DNA of 32,000 nt, taken from contig QIGN01000126.1 of NCBI GenBank assembly GCA_003228955.1, positions 6,873 through 38,872 on the forward strand. The letters are read 5' to 3'. The notes beneath the pieces were generated by a model. That model was not told where the DNA came from. It did not search any database and was given only the letters and a program-made list of their open reading frames with translations. Source of the DNA: Hyphomicrobiales bacterium (GTDB lineage: Bacteria > Pseudomonadota > Alphaproteobacteria > Rhizobiales > Methyloligellaceae). The first letter of the stretch is position 1. Each line of letters begins with the position of its first letter. Shown in pieces: positions 31,761 through 32,000 of this stretch. A program made the translations under genes and the position numbers.

Positions 31761-32000
31761 CTAAGCCGCCAGCGGCTCCGTAACCGCCCGGTACCGCACG
31801 ATCCCATGATACGTCTCGCCGTCCGGGTCTTGCCTCGCTTCGGAAAATTCATGGCGCAGATTTACCAGCGCATGATCATTTACCGTAACGGCTGCATCAT
31901 GCAGCGCCTGGCGGATCGCCTCAATGATTTCGTGGGTTTCTTTTTTGCCGCCGGCGCGGGACCAGACATGCAGGGTCAGAATATGCTCAAGCCCGTCCTC
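31761..32000 (-). CDS. DUF3168 tail-terminator/head-tail joining protein (RcGTA g8-like), C-terminal 79 codons. The start lies outside the window
   Basis: My manual translation of the reverse strand gives EDGLEHILTLHVWSRAGGKKETHEIIEAIRQALHDAAVTVNDHALVNLRHEFSEARQDPDGETYHGIVRYRAVTEPLAA-stop. This ORF is not in the supplied track because it has no in-window start. Confidence 0.8.
   Translation of the reverse strand, partial: EDGLEHILTLHVWSRAGGKKETHEIIEAIRQALHDAAVTVNDHALVNLRHEFSEARQDPDGETYHGIVRYRAVTEPLAA

Larger units (their letters stand above)
18848..32000 (-). mobile_element. RcGTA-like gene transfer agent or cryptic siphovirus prophage segment (tail, fibre and lysis modules). Continues beyond the right window edge
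   Basis: Collinear g8-g15 homologues with overlapping stop/start codons, followed by DUF2793, fibre-like ORFs and a lysis cassette. No integrase or att site is visible at the left boundary. Confidence 0.8.

Noticed and set aside
1-32000. CRISPR arrays, rRNA/tRNA genes, IS elements and transposases
   Set aside because: Visual scanning found no regularly spaced repeats, no tRNA cloverleaf candidates in intergenic regions, and no transposase- or integrase-like ORFs. This was not verified with tRNAscan or Infernal.

Overview
This is a high-GC alphaproteobacterial chromosome segment that looks Rhizobiales/Hyphomicrobiales-like, with almost all genes on the minus strand.

**1-18.8 kb (ordinary core genome):**
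- the 3' part of a PleC/DivJ-type histidine kinase
- an EF-hand / ECF sigma / anti-sigma / CpxP-like operon
- glnE
- an OmpR-type two-component pair
- degP/htrA
- an alpha/beta-hydrolase-OsmC fusion
- the cytochrome c maturation cluster cycHJKL (ccmI-E-F-H)
- a 17-kDa-antigen-type lipoprotein
- a FeuN-like/feuP/feuQ operon

**18.8-32 kb (distal half of an RcGTA-like, HK97-type siphovirus structural cluster), read right to left:**
- DUF3168 (g8, partial)
- major tail protein (g9)
- tail chaperones g10 and g10.1
- tape measure (g11)
- DUF2460 (g12)
- DUF2163 (g13)
- NlpC/P60 peptidase (g14)
- a 1330-aa host-specificity protein (g15)
- DUF2793
- three unknown translationally coupled ORFs
- a small membrane protein
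- a lysis cassette: GH108 endolysin, a holin-like protein, overlapping i-/o-spanin candidates and an unknown membrane protein

**Most notable observations:**
1. A lower-GC 391-aa beta-propeller-like gene on the opposite strand sits between the fibre and lysis modules. It is bracketed by a 102-bp imperfect direct repeat that duplicates the 3' end of the small membrane-protein gene.
2. A G_GGA_AAG -1 slippery heptamer, identical to the one in phage lambda, plus a downstream hairpin links g10 to g10.1.
3. The major tail gene carries an apparent 1-nt frameshift and possibly a 27-nt in-frame deletion.
4. Intrinsic terminators lie inside the structural operon and immediately upstream of the endolysin.
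5. The phage-like cluster ends 28 bp from the FeuN-like gene.

I recognised no tRNA, rRNA, CRISPR array, integrase or transposase. All homology calls come from motif recognition by eye, not from searches.
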